Assembly (NCBI GenBank): GCA_031556455.1 | Contig: JAVBSX010000084.1 | Span: 1 to 51,869 of the forward strand | DNA: 51,869 bases | From: Thermoguttaceae bacterium | GTDB taxonomy: Bacteria > Planctomycetota > Planctomycetia > Pirellulales > Thermoguttaceae | Direction of reading: 5' to 3' | Shown here: piece by piece, positions 37,343 to 46,200 of the stretch | Position numbering within the stretch: position 1 is the stretch's first letter | How the letters are laid out: each line of letters starts with the position of its first letter | Position numbers and translations under genes: made by a program | Notes under the pieces: generated by a model | Databases searched by the model: none | What the model was told of the DNA's origin: nothing | The model's input: only the letters and a program-made list of their open reading frames with translations

Positions 37343-37657
37343 GGGCAAGGTTCTCGGAATAATTGATTGCTTTTTTTGTCGAGTTTGCTTTCGGGTCCGA
37401 TTTTCGGCATTATTCAGGAAAGGAGCCTAAAAGTCAACGTCAATTAGCCCAAGTTCGCGACAGGATATCCGATACGATCCCACAAAAAATTGGATAAAGC
37501 TCCTATTTCGAAAGGCTTCCTTGCAATAACTCGCTTGTTTTTCGTGAGAATTCCAGGTATCTTATCGTTTTGCGTACAATTGATTTGAGAACTCAAGTTA
37601 TTGGGAAACGTAAGCAACGGCCCCTTAACGGCCCCTTCATTTTCAAAAACAACCCCA

Positions 37658-37909
37658 ATGCCTTTCGGACTTTTCGGCCCCAAGGTCGGGCATCAGGCCT
37701 TGTATAACGACCTGTGCAAATTTCACACGATCGATCGGAAAACGAAAATGCTCCTCGATCAAATCGTGCAGACCCTCGACCTTCGGCAACCGGCGATGAT
37801 TTTTCTCGACGCGGATTGCTTTCAAAAAGCGCTCGCCCTTCCGGATTTCGCCTCGCAGACCGATCCGATCCGGGAGCTTTGTTTCCAATGGTTCGGCCGA
37901 AGAATTTAG
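37658..37909 (+). CDS. Hypothetical small protein (83 aa)
   Basis: ATG 37658 (MPFGLFGPKV...) with moderate G/C third-position bias. No recognisable motif. An overlapping minus-strand ORF was judged a shadow. Confidence 0.35.
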   Translation: MPFGLFGPKVGHQALYNDLCKFHTIDRKTKMLLDQIVQTLDLRQPAMIFLDADCFQKALALPDFASQTDPIRELCFQWFGRRI

Positions 37910-37920
37910 ACGCTCTCGCC

Positions 37921-37947
37921 GTTTAGCCGAGCGGCGCAGACGCCGGT
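37921..37947. repeat. Family F4 27-mer (copy 2), 53 nt upstream of the HEAT-repeat gene
   Basis: Identical to 28653-28679. Confidence 0.8.
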
Positions 37948-37999
37948 CCCCGAACCGACAACGCAATCGGCGGAGCCGACCACGAATTTTTTCTTTCGT

Positions 38000-39598
38000 A
38001 TGACGACAGCCTTTTTTGAAAAAACGGTCAAATTTCTCGCCAAAACCGAAAACCCCTCGGCCAACGATCTTTTGCGCGTTCTTTTGGACGATTCGGATTG
38101 GCAAATTCGGTCCCTCGCCTTTGATGCGCTCTATTTGAAACAAGATCCCGCGATTCATATCGAACTTTTGATTCGTTTTTTGGCCCAACCGGAAGCTTGG
38201 ATCAAAACCAAGGCGGTGCACGCGGACCGTCTCGCGAAGCTGTTCGACGCCGCCGTACGGAGCAACAATTTTAAACTGCTGCAAGCGGCCGTCCCCGCGT
38301 TCCTGAAATACCGCGTTTACGATGCGATGAAATCGCTCCTCCCTTTCCTGGAATCGCCGAAAGAGGAGCTTTCGAAACTGGCCGGGGAATCCGTCCTCGC
38401 CTTCGCCGAGCGGTTTTACGAAGAAATGGCGGCCTGCAACAGCGCCGTCGATCTCCGCAACCTCGACCGGCGGCGGGAATGGTTCTCCGCCGAGCTTGAA
38501 AATCCGGTCCGCCGGTATTCGGTGCACCAAAAAATGGAACCGCTCAAAGCGTTCCTGCTGGTCACGAAAAAGGATTATCCATCGTTCCTGAACGTGGTCC
38601 GCGATCATCATTCCCAGGCGAGCCAACTCCTTTTCGAACTGCTGGAAAAAGGAGAGCACGGCGGTTATCTCCGGCTGCTCCTCGGTTTTTTGGATGATGT
38701 TTCGACTCCCCCGCATATCGACATCATCATCACGAAACGGCAGGACGAGCGTTTCGTCCGGAACCTGCTCGATGTGATCGGCCCCGCGCCGAAACCGCAG
38801 GAAAAACAGGCTTACAAACGGTTCCAGGGTTTCGATTGGATCAAAAGCGACAACCCGAATCTGCCCGGCTTGATCGAAGGTCTCGAACCGAATTTCGTGC
38901 AGCTTTTGACGAGCATCTCCCTCCCCCGGCAGGATTTGATCGAAATGTTGCGTTTCGTTTTTTCTAAATGCGTTCCCAAAGGCCGCAGGGCCGCGGCCGA
39001 AGCCTTACGATCCCTGAGCGGGGAGGATTACAATCTCTTTCTCCTGGAGGTTGCCGAAGACCCCGATCCGATCACCTGTTCGATCCTTTTGAAACTGATC
39101 AAATCGCGGCATCTCAAGGAAGCCGACGCGGTGATCATGCGCTGCATCGAACGGACGGAGCCGGAGGTTTTGGAAACGATTTACGAGCTCATGCCCGATT
39201 TTCATATCGAATCGTACCTGCAAAAAATCGAGCAACTGCCCGAAAAGGTTTCTCGGACATTCGGTCGGATCGTGCGAAAAATCGACCCGAACACGAGCCG
39301 CATCCTGCTTGAGGAATTGAATTCGATGCTCCCGATCCGGAGGGTCGCGGCGATCAATGCGATCAAAGACACAGAGCTCGGTCCGGAATTTCAAGAAGCC
39401 CTTTGTCATCTCATTCAGGAAGATCGGGAAGCGAACGTCCGGCTCGCGGCCTGCAACGCTTTGGCCGAGGTTTTAACGGTCGAATCGCTGCAAGCTCTCA
39501 AGGCGGCAACCGAAGACCGGGCCTTCGCCCTTCGCGCGGCCGCGACCGAGGCAGTCCAAAAATGGTCCGAACTCTATGCCAGGGCGAAACCGCAATAA
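38000..39598 (+). CDS. HEAT/armadillo-repeat protein
   Basis: ATG 38000. Helical repeats with HEAT-like signatures (DSDWQIRSLAFDAL, RRVAAINAI, EANVRLAACNALAEV, DRAFALRAAATEAV). Confidence 0.65.
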   Translation: MTTAFFEKTVKFLAKTENPSANDLLRVLLDDSDWQIRSLAFDALYLKQDPAIHIELLIRFLAQPEAWIKTKAVHADRLAKLFDAAVRSNNFKLLQAAVPAFLKYRVYDAMKSLLPFLESPKEELSKLAGESVLAFAERFYEEMAACNSAVDLRNLDRRREWFSAELENPVRRYSVHQKMEPLKAFLLVTKKDYPSFLNVVRDHHSQASQLLFELLEKGEHGGYLRLLLGFLDDVSTPPHIDIIITKRQDERFVRNLLDVIGPAPKPQEKQAYKRFQGFDWIKSDNPNLPGLIEGLEPNFVQLLTSISLPRQDLIEMLRFVFSKCVPKGRRAAAEALRSLSGEDYNLFLLEVAEDPDPITCSILLKLIKSRHLKEADAVIMRCIERTEPEVLETIYELMPDFHIESYLQKIEQLPEKVSRTFGRIVRKIDPNTSRILLEELNSMLPIRRVAAINAIKDTELGPEFQEALCHLIQEDREANVRLAACNALAEVLTVESLQALKAATEDRAFALRAAATEAVQKWSELYARAKPQ

Positions 39599-39613
39599 GC
39601 GGCGTTTCGAACA

Positions 39614-39643
39614 ACGAGCCGGGACCTGCGGTCCCGGTTGCGC
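39614..39643. terminator. Family F3 palindrome between convergent genes; candidate bidirectional terminator
   Basis: acgagccgggacctgcggtcccggttgcgc, with an 8-bp CCGGGACC / GGTCCCGG stem. 16 nt after the HEAT gene stop and 45 nt from the stop of the minus-strand gene. Confidence 0.45.
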
Positions 39644-39687
39644 TCACAGCGGGAAAGCTCCCAATTTGAGGCGGCTGCAACCCGCCC

Positions 39688-40536
39688 TCACAGAGGGCGG
39701 CTCGTTATTTCGTTCTCCGCGAGAAAAGAGAGACAGCAGCCGATCAGATCGAACGGCTGGGAAATCAGCACATCGGCGCCCGCCTCCAACAGAGCACGTC
39801 GTTCCTCGAAACGCGGGAAGCGGCAAAAGAGTACGATTCGCGATTTCGGAAAGCGTTCCCGTAATGTTCTCAGCCGTTCGCCAACCCCGGCCCTGTCCCG
39901 CTCGCCGATATCCCAAACGAACAAATTCGGCTTGTTTTCGGCTTGTTCAAAATCTTTGACATATTCGACCGTCTCGTAAGAGGTTGCCAAGATCGCACCA
40001 AAAAGGCGATTGATTTCGTAGTCGCCGTTTTCCGTAAAAACCCAGACGATCTTGCCTTGCCGTTGCCCTATTTCGTTCCCTTGCATTGAAAGGGGACGCT
40101 TGGCCGATTCGAGAAAAATTTCCTCTTCGGCGGCGGTCGGGGGAAGTTGCCAGGTCGAAAACTCCCCTCGTTCGAGCGAAGTCAACTCCGGTTCCCCGAG
40201 CAACGGCCAATCGTACCAGAAGAGCCGATGTGCGGGCAGCAGCGGTCGGCCGGTTCGCGTTTCCCCTTCGCACCAGGAACCGAGAACGAAGACAATAGGG
40301 GTGATGGGATAATGCTTGCGAACGCGGTCGAGATCGTATTGCCGATGCTCTCCGGGAAACAATTGGACGATCACGATCAGATCGACCGGCGGGACGAGGT
40401 TGGACGGCCCAAGCGCCGCGGCCGCGTCTTTGAGTTTCGCGAAGCGACGGCAATCCGTCCGCGCGAGAATCGCGGCGGTTGCCTCCGCGAACTCCCGATA
40501 TCCCGCTGCGCCGATCAAAAGTGCTCGCGGTTTCAT
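39688..40536 (-). CDS. Protein with two tandem CheY/receiver-like halves (no output domain)
   Basis: MKPRALLIGAAG..VDLIVIVQLFPGE..IVFVLG and KIVWVFTENG..NLFVWDIGERD..RIVLFCRF..EAGADVLISQPFD. Start ATG 40536-40534 overlaps the TGA (40535-40533) of the upstream RND gene. Confidence 0.5.
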   Translation of the reverse strand: MKPRALLIGAAGYREFAEATAAILARTDCRRFAKLKDAAAALGPSNLVPPVDLIVIVQLFPGEHRQYDLDRVRKHYPITPIVFVLGSWCEGETRTGRPLLPAHRLFWYDWPLLGEPELTSLERGEFSTWQLPPTAAEEEIFLESAKRPLSMQGNEIGQRQGKIVWVFTENGDYEINRLFGAILATSYETVEYVKDFEQAENKPNLFVWDIGERDRAGVGERLRTLRERFPKSRIVLFCRFPRFEERRALLEAGADVLISQPFDLIGCCLSFLAENEITSRPL

Positions 40537-43500
40537 TTACCCTCTGTCTCGTTGGCCCTTGCCTCGTTAGCTTTTGTTTCGAGTTTCTGATTCCCCAGCA
40601 TTTTGTTGAAGGCCGCGCCGAAGCTCTCGGCCGTTCCCTGGAGCATCACGAACAGGACCGGGGTTACGAACACGCCGACCATCGTTTCGGTCAACATCCC
40701 GCCGAACACCGCCGTTCCGATCGCGTGCCGGCTCACCGCCCCGGCCCCGCTCGCGATCACCAGCGGGAAAATGCCGAGAATGAACGCGAACGAGGTCATC
40801 ATAATGGGCCGCAGCCGCAACCGGCCCGCTTCGTAGGCCGATTGAATGATCGGCTCGCCGGCCCTTCGTCGTTCGACGGCGAATTCCGTGATGAGAATCG
40901 CGTTCTTCGCCGAAAGCCCAACCATCAAAATCAGGCCGATCTGCGTGTAAATATTGACGTCGAGTCCGCGAAGGGCGACCGCGAGAAACGCCCCGCCGAC
41001 CCCGAGCGGCACGGCCATCATAATGATAATCGGCGTCGACCAGCTCTCGTATTGGGCGGCGAGCACCAAAAAGGCGAACACGATCGACATCGCGAAGACG
41101 ATCATCGTCGAGGTTCCGGCGTGCATTTCCTGATAGGTCATTCCGGTCCAGTCGTAACCGATTCCGCTCGGCAACTCGATCGACTTCAGCGCTGCGATCG
41201 TCTGACCGGTGCTTTTGCCCGGCATCGGAATCGCCGTGATCGAAGCGGTCGGATAAAGGTTATACCGGGAAAGCAATTGCGGCCCGACCAGTTCGCGAAC
41301 GGTCGCGACCGAACGGAGCGGGAGCATGTTCCCCTCGCCGTTCTTGATTTTCATGTTCAAGACATCTTCCGAATCGCGGCGATACTGCCCTCCAGCCTGG
41401 GTCGTAACCCGATACACCCGATCGAAGACGTTGAAATCGTTGACATACAGCGAGCCGTAATACACCTGCAGGGCGTCGAAAACCTCTTGCAGGGAAATCC
41501 CCATTTTCTTGACCTTGTCGCGGTCGATATCGAGCCGGACCCGCGGGGCGTTCGGATTGAACGTCGAGCTGATGTAGGCGACCGTTCCCGTTTGCATCGC
41601 CTCGTCCAAAAAGTTTTCGGCCGTTTCATACAGTTCCTGCGTGCCGACCCCCTGTTTGTCGAGCATCTGGTAGGCGACGCCGTTCGAGTTCCCGAGCCCC
41701 GTGATCGCCGGCGGGGAAAAGACGAAGACGTTGGCGTTCGGGATCTCGGCGAAGGCGAGCGAGAGCTTTTTGTGCAGGGTGTCGCCGTCGAGCCCTTTGC
41801 TTTTCGGCCGTTCTTCCCACGGTTCGAGCACGAGGATCGCCGAAGCGACGTTCGAGGAATTCGTCCCGTCGAGCATCGAGAACCCGCCGATAAAAATCGT
41901 GTTGTGTATCCCGGCCCGATCTTTGTCGAGTATGCCCTGAATCGTATCAAGCACATCCTGCGTCCGCTCCAACGAAGCCCCTTCGGGAAGCCGGATGTCG
42001 ACGAAAAAGACTCCTTGATCCTCGTCCGGGATAAAGCCCGTCGGCAAATGCGTGAAACCGTAATAAAGCGAACAGACGACGGCGACCCAAAAAAGGAGCA
42101 CGAAAATCCGGTCGCTGATGATCTTTTTGATGGTCCAAAGATATGTCGCCGCGAAGGTGTCGAAGCAGAAATTGAAGATCCGGAAAAAGAACCATTTCTT
42201 TTCCGGGGCGATCGAAGGTCGCAGGAGAATCGCGGCAAGCGCGGGGGCGAAGGTCAAGGCACACATCGCCGAAATGAGCACGGCCCCGGCAATTGTTAAG
42301 GCGAATTGTTGGTAAAGCTGCCCGACGATCCCGCCGATCATCGCAGTCGGAATAAAGACCGACATGAGCACGAATGTCGTCGCGATGATCGGCCCGGAAA
42401 CCTGGAGCATTGACTGCTCCGCCGCCTCGCGCGGGGAAAGTTTTTCCTCGTCGATCAACCGCTGCGTGTTTTCGATTACGACGATTGCGTCGTCGACGAC
42501 GATACCGATCACGAGAATCAATCCGAAAAGCGTGAGGGAGTTGATGCTAAAGTCGAGACAACTCATCATAAAAAACGTCCCGATGAGCGAAACCGGGACC
42601 GTCAAGGTCGGGATGATGACCGCCCGCCAATCCTGCAGGAAAATGAACACGACGAACACGACGAGAATGACGGCCTCGAACAGGGTGTGCTTGACCTCCT
42701 TGATCGAGACGCGGACGTATTCGGTCGCGTCGTACCCGACGAAAAATTCGAGGCTGTCGCGGTCGAAATCGCTTTGCATCCCTTGCATTGCTTTGACCAC
42801 CCCATCGGCGACTTCGAGCGAGTTGGCGCCCGGCAGCTGATAAACGCAGATCGTACAGGTCGGCCGATCGTTAAAGGTCGAGGTCTGTTGGTAAGACAGC
42901 CCGCCGAGCTCGACGGTCGCGACATCCCCGAGCCGGAGGATCGCCCCGTCCTTGCCGGTCCGGAGCATCATTTGTTCGAATTCCGAAACGTCGCTGAGAC
43001 GGCCCAGGGTCGTCAGCACCAGGTTGGATTGTTGACCCGGGGGGACCGGCGGCTGCCCGAGACGACCGGACGCGACCTGGACGTTTTGTTCCTGAATCGC
43101 TTCGGTGATTTCCTGGACCGAAAGGTTGAACATCGCCATTTTATTCGGATCGAGCCAAATCCGCATGCTGAAATCCTGCGAGTTGACGACGGTCGCCTCG
43201 CCGACGCCGTTTACACGGGAAACGACGTCCTTGATGTTCCGGGAGGTGTAGTTGGCCAAGTACAGAGAGCGTTGATCCCGTTCCGCGGCGGTCGACTTTC
43301 GGGGATTGTTTTTGTCCTCCTCCTTGATCTTATCGACGATGTTCAAGACAAGGACGATGTTCGGGGATTTCTTTTTAATGGTCAATCCCTGTCTCGTAAC
43401 CTCGGTCGGCAACTGGGGGGTCGCGATATTGACCCGGTTTTGCACGAGTACGGTCGCCATATCCGGGTCGGTCCCGACCTCGAACGAAACGGTGAGCGTG

Positions 43501-43766
43501 TAGGCCCCGTCGCTCGTGCAGGTCGAAGACATGTAAATCATGTTGTCGACGCCGTTGACCTGTTCCTCGATCGGAATCGCGACGGAGTTGGCGACGTCTT
43601 CGGCACTGGCCCCGGGATAGGTTGCGGTTACGGAAACGGTCGGCGGGACGATGTCCGGAAACTGGGCGTTGGGCAAGTTGCGGTAAGAGACCAGCCCGAG
43701 CAGTGTGATGATGATCGAAATAACGCAGGCGAAGATCGGCCGTTTGATAAAAAAATGGGAAATCAT
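40533..43766 (-). CDS. RND efflux transporter, HAE1 (AcrB/MexB-like) family inner-membrane component
   Basis: Start set at ATG 43766: MISHFFIKRPIFACVISIIITLLG...LPNAQFPDIVPPTVSVTATYPGASAEDV..VNGVDNMIYMSS aligns by eye with the AcrB N-terminus. About 1,077 aa with 12-TM-type hydrophobic blocks. Confidence 0.9.
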   Translation of the reverse strand: MISHFFIKRPIFACVISIIITLLGLVSYRNLPNAQFPDIVPPTVSVTATYPGASAEDVANSVAIPIEEQVNGVDNMIYMSSTCTSDGAYTLTVSFEVGTDPDMATVLVQNRVNIATPQLPTEVTRQGLTIKKKSPNIVLVLNIVDKIKEEDKNNPRKSTAAERDQRSLYLANYTSRNIKDVVSRVNGVGEATVVNSQDFSMRIWLDPNKMAMFNLSVQEITEAIQEQNVQVASGRLGQPPVPPGQQSNLVLTTLGRLSDVSEFEQMMLRTGKDGAILRLGDVATVELGGLSYQQTSTFNDRPTCTICVYQLPGANSLEVADGVVKAMQGMQSDFDRDSLEFFVGYDATEYVRVSIKEVKHTLFEAVILVVFVVFIFLQDWRAVIIPTLTVPVSLIGTFFMMSCLDFSINSLTLFGLILVIGIVVDDAIVVIENTQRLIDEEKLSPREAAEQSMLQVSGPIIATTFVLMSVFIPTAMIGGIVGQLYQQFALTIAGAVLISAMCALTFAPALAAILLRPSIAPEKKWFFFRIFNFCFDTFAATYLWTIKKIISDRIFVLLFWVAVVCSLYYGFTHLPTGFIPDEDQGVFFVDIRLPEGASLERTQDVLDTIQGILDKDRAGIHNTIFIGGFSMLDGTNSSNVASAILVLEPWEERPKSKGLDGDTLHKKLSLAFAEIPNANVFVFSPPAITGLGNSNGVAYQMLDKQGVGTQELYETAENFLDEAMQTGTVAYISSTFNPNAPRVRLDIDRDKVKKMGISLQEVFDALQVYYGSLYVNDFNVFDRVYRVTTQAGGQYRRDSEDVLNMKIKNGEGNMLPLRSVATVRELVGPQLLSRYNLYPTASITAIPMPGKSTGQTIAALKSIELPSGIGYDWTGMTYQEMHAGTSTMIVFAMSIVFAFLVLAAQYESWSTPIIIMMAVPLGVGGAFLAVALRGLDVNIYTQIGLILMVGLSAKNAILITEFAVERRRAGEPIIQSAYEAGRLRLRPIMMTSFAFILGIFPLVIASGAGAVSRHAIGTAVFGGMLTETMVGVFVTPVLFVMLQGTAESFGAAFNKMLGNQKLETKANEARANETEGK

Positions 43767-43906
43767 CGTTTCGTGTTGGGAATATCGCTGGAAATCGCAA
43801 AACAAAATTCGCTGAAAAATCGGGCCTCGAATCCTGAACGATTATACACGCTCGCGGAAGAACGGGAAACAGGGCGGGCCGGGCGAAACGGATAAAGTCG
43901 CGTTTC

Positions 43907-45925
43907 TCAACCGCGATAGGCGACCCGATAGGCGACGGCGGCGAACGCGAACCGGAGCGGCCAGATCACCGTGACGCAAAAGCAATACCAGAGAAAGAGG
44001 ACAAACAAAATGATGAGAGCGGCAGGCATCGGATTGCTCGCGATCTGTGGCTCTAAAACGGCAAAGAGGCCGGACGACAAACCATATGTCATTAACCAGG
44101 GAATTCCGCAAAATAGCAACGTCCCCGACAAGGTCGTCGGGAAATTTCGGAAAAAGAAACCAACCGAATAAATCAACGCCTGCAAGGGACCGGCATTACA
44201 ATCGATGATGTAAAAACAGGACCAAAAGGTGAGGATGCTGAGAATCAGGAACCCGTACATATTGAAGGAAAAAAACCACGCCACTTTTTTCGCATCCTTT
44301 TCTCCGGGGACCACCTCGCCGTTTTCATCAGCGGGCGTTTTCGGAAGCTCTTGTTTAAAACGGTCTCCGGAATCGGGAGCAGGGGGCAACAACCTGGAAG
44401 GGGAAGCGTCTTGGGAACGGGGACGCCTTCGTTTTATTGTCGGTTGGCCCGATGATTCGGCTTCGGTTGTCCCGGTTCCCGGAGCGAGATGGGGAGCCTG
44501 ATCTGCCGGAGGCAGGGGCGTTTCCTTGGGAGCGGGCGGCAAATACTCATTTCTCGCGGGCGACTTTTTTTCCTCTTGAGACGGCGGCTTGTCTTCCGGG
44601 GGCGGCGTTTTGTCTTCCCGGGGTGGTGTTATGTCTTCTTGGGGTGGCGTTTTGGCTCCCGAGGAAGGGGCGGTATCCCACCAGGTTTCGGCGTTTCTCA
44701 TCGCGAGGTAAATCGGCTGAGCCTGATCCGTTCGTCCCTGTCCCACATCGAGACTGGTGCCGATAACGATGCCGTAAACCGGTATGCTGAGCAAAAAGGC
44801 CGCGAAACCGAGCAGACCGTTGAGCAGCAGGAACTTCCAAAAATCTCCGGCAGCGAAAGAAAAAAAATCACCCGCCGGCTTACCGGAAGCGATTCGGTAA
44901 GACACGGAATACATTCCGATCGATAAAAGAGGGTAAAAAAACAAAAAGGACAGACAGAAAAATGTCCCCATAAATCCAATTACGACAGACAAAGGGGCTT
45001 GCCCTTGAGAGGCCAAGGCAACCGCCAGGACGATAAACGTCAGTCCCATCAACAACGACACGGCAATCCAAGTCAGAAAAGCGAGGAAGGCAAATTTAAT
45101 CCCCAGCAGGAAAAGGGCGCCGAAGTTTTGGGAGGAGGTTCGGTAAAACCGTTGGAACACCTCTCCGATCGGGGCGGTGCCGTCGTAGGTCCGTCGCGGC
45201 GATTGATAGATCGGCCGGGTTGAAAATGACGGCGGCTGTTGCGAAAAGGGATCCTGCGAAAGCGGCGCCGTCGGCTGCGGACCGTAAAACCCGGCAAAGG
45301 GATCGGCGTTCGGCAATTCGGGCAAATCGGCAAGAGCATCGAGCGGATCGTAAGCGGCCGGGTCGAACGGCGGCGCGACCGCCGGAACGGAAAGAGGTGC
45401 TGCCGTCGGCGGTTGGGGAGGCGGAGCGGGCGACGGTTTGGGAAACGAATTTTCCGGCCGAGGAGGGCTTGACGGCAAAGGGGCCGGTCGCCGGTCCGGC
45501 TTGGGGACGTTTTTGACCGGCGCGGGAGGGGCGGTTGCGGGAGAGGGAGAGACAGGGGCGAACAGATCATCATCGAGAATCGGAACCCTGGAGCGAGAAG
45601 AGCGCGTCGGGGGAGATTGAGCCGGTTCTTGAGTCGAAGAAAAAACCAAGGTCGCATTGAGCGGGACCTGCTGCACATCGTCGCAAAACGGACAGGCGAT
45701 ATCCTGCCCGAGGACGCTGGTCGGCACCTCCAACGAATGACCGCAGGTTTTGCACGCGAAAACGACCTTGGGGCCTTCGGGAGCGGGTAATAAGATTTCC
45801 GATTCGTCCTTATCGGGAATCAGCAGCGATTTGGAGCAATACGGACAGCGAACCTGTTTGCCGCGTGCATTTTCCGGAGCTTTCAATTTCCGGGAACAAT
45901 ACTGACAATGAACGACGATCGACAT
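43907..45925 (-). CDS. Membrane protein with two N-terminal CxxC...CxxC zinc ribbons, Pro-rich linker and polytopic C-terminal half
   Basis: Start set at ATG 45925: MSIVVHCQYCSRKL..VRCPYCSK and FACKTCGH..IACPFCDD. Several hydrophobic segments. Internal Pro/Glu/Lys loop with a 3 x 21-nt tandem repeat. Confidence 0.7.
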   Translation of the reverse strand: MSIVVHCQYCSRKLKAPENARGKQVRCPYCSKSLLIPDKDESEILLPAPEGPKVVFACKTCGHSLEVPTSVLGQDIACPFCDDVQQVPLNATLVFSSTQEPAQSPPTRSSRSRVPILDDDLFAPVSPSPATAPPAPVKNVPKPDRRPAPLPSSPPRPENSFPKPSPAPPPQPPTAAPLSVPAVAPPFDPAAYDPLDALADLPELPNADPFAGFYGPQPTAPLSQDPFSQQPPSFSTRPIYQSPRRTYDGTAPIGEVFQRFYRTSSQNFGALFLLGIKFAFLAFLTWIAVSLLMGLTFIVLAVALASQGQAPLSVVIGFMGTFFCLSFLFFYPLLSIGMYSVSYRIASGKPAGDFFSFAAGDFWKFLLLNGLLGFAAFLLSIPVYGIVIGTSLDVGQGRTDQAQPIYLAMRNAETWWDTAPSSGAKTPPQEDITPPREDKTPPPEDKPPSQEEKKSPARNEYLPPAPKETPLPPADQAPHLAPGTGTTEAESSGQPTIKRRRPRSQDASPSRLLPPAPDSGDRFKQELPKTPADENGEVVPGEKDAKKVAWFFSFNMYGFLILSILTFWSCFYIIDCNAGPLQALIYSVGFFFRNFPTTLSGTLLFCGIPWLMTYGLSSGLFAVLEPQIASNPMPAALIILFVLFLWYCFCVTVIWPLRFAFAAVAYRVAYRG

Positions 45926-46065
45926 GAGGTTGACAAGGATTCGCGAAAAACGGGAGATCGATGGGCCGAACCGCGATTTCGGCGACGGCCCGAAAACCGA
46001 TACCAAAAAACCGCCCCCTCCGCGATCATTATACTTGCCCTTGGCGATTTAGGGAATCCCGCGCC

Positions 46066-46168
46066 AACACGAGCCAATACGAGCCGGGACCTGCGGTCCC
46101 GACTGCCCGTACTCGTGTTGATGCGTTTTTCCGCTGTGAACGGGTCGGGACCGCGGGTCCCGGCTCGT
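46066..46168. repeat. Two family F3 palindromes (46079-46101 nested in a 9-bp outer stem; 46142-46168) downstream of the 46201-48429 gene
   Basis: acgagccgggacctgcggtcccg and gggtcgggaccgcgggtcccggctcgt. Outer stem caacacgag (46066-46074) / ctcgtgttg (46112-46120). Confidence 0.75.
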
Positions 46169-46200
46169 TATGCGTTCGTTATACGCTCATCAGCAGCTCA

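Noticed and set aside
37643-38716. 357-aa minus-strand ORF spanning the small ORF and the 5' part of the HEAT-repeat gene.
   Set aside because: Arg/Phe/Glu-rich shadow-type composition, and it crosses an intergenic repeat (F4). The plus-strand products look more protein-like.
40479-43895. Plus-strand ORFs 40479-42299 (606 aa) and 42687-43895 (402 aa).
   Set aside because: They are antisense to an unmistakable AcrB-like RND gene.
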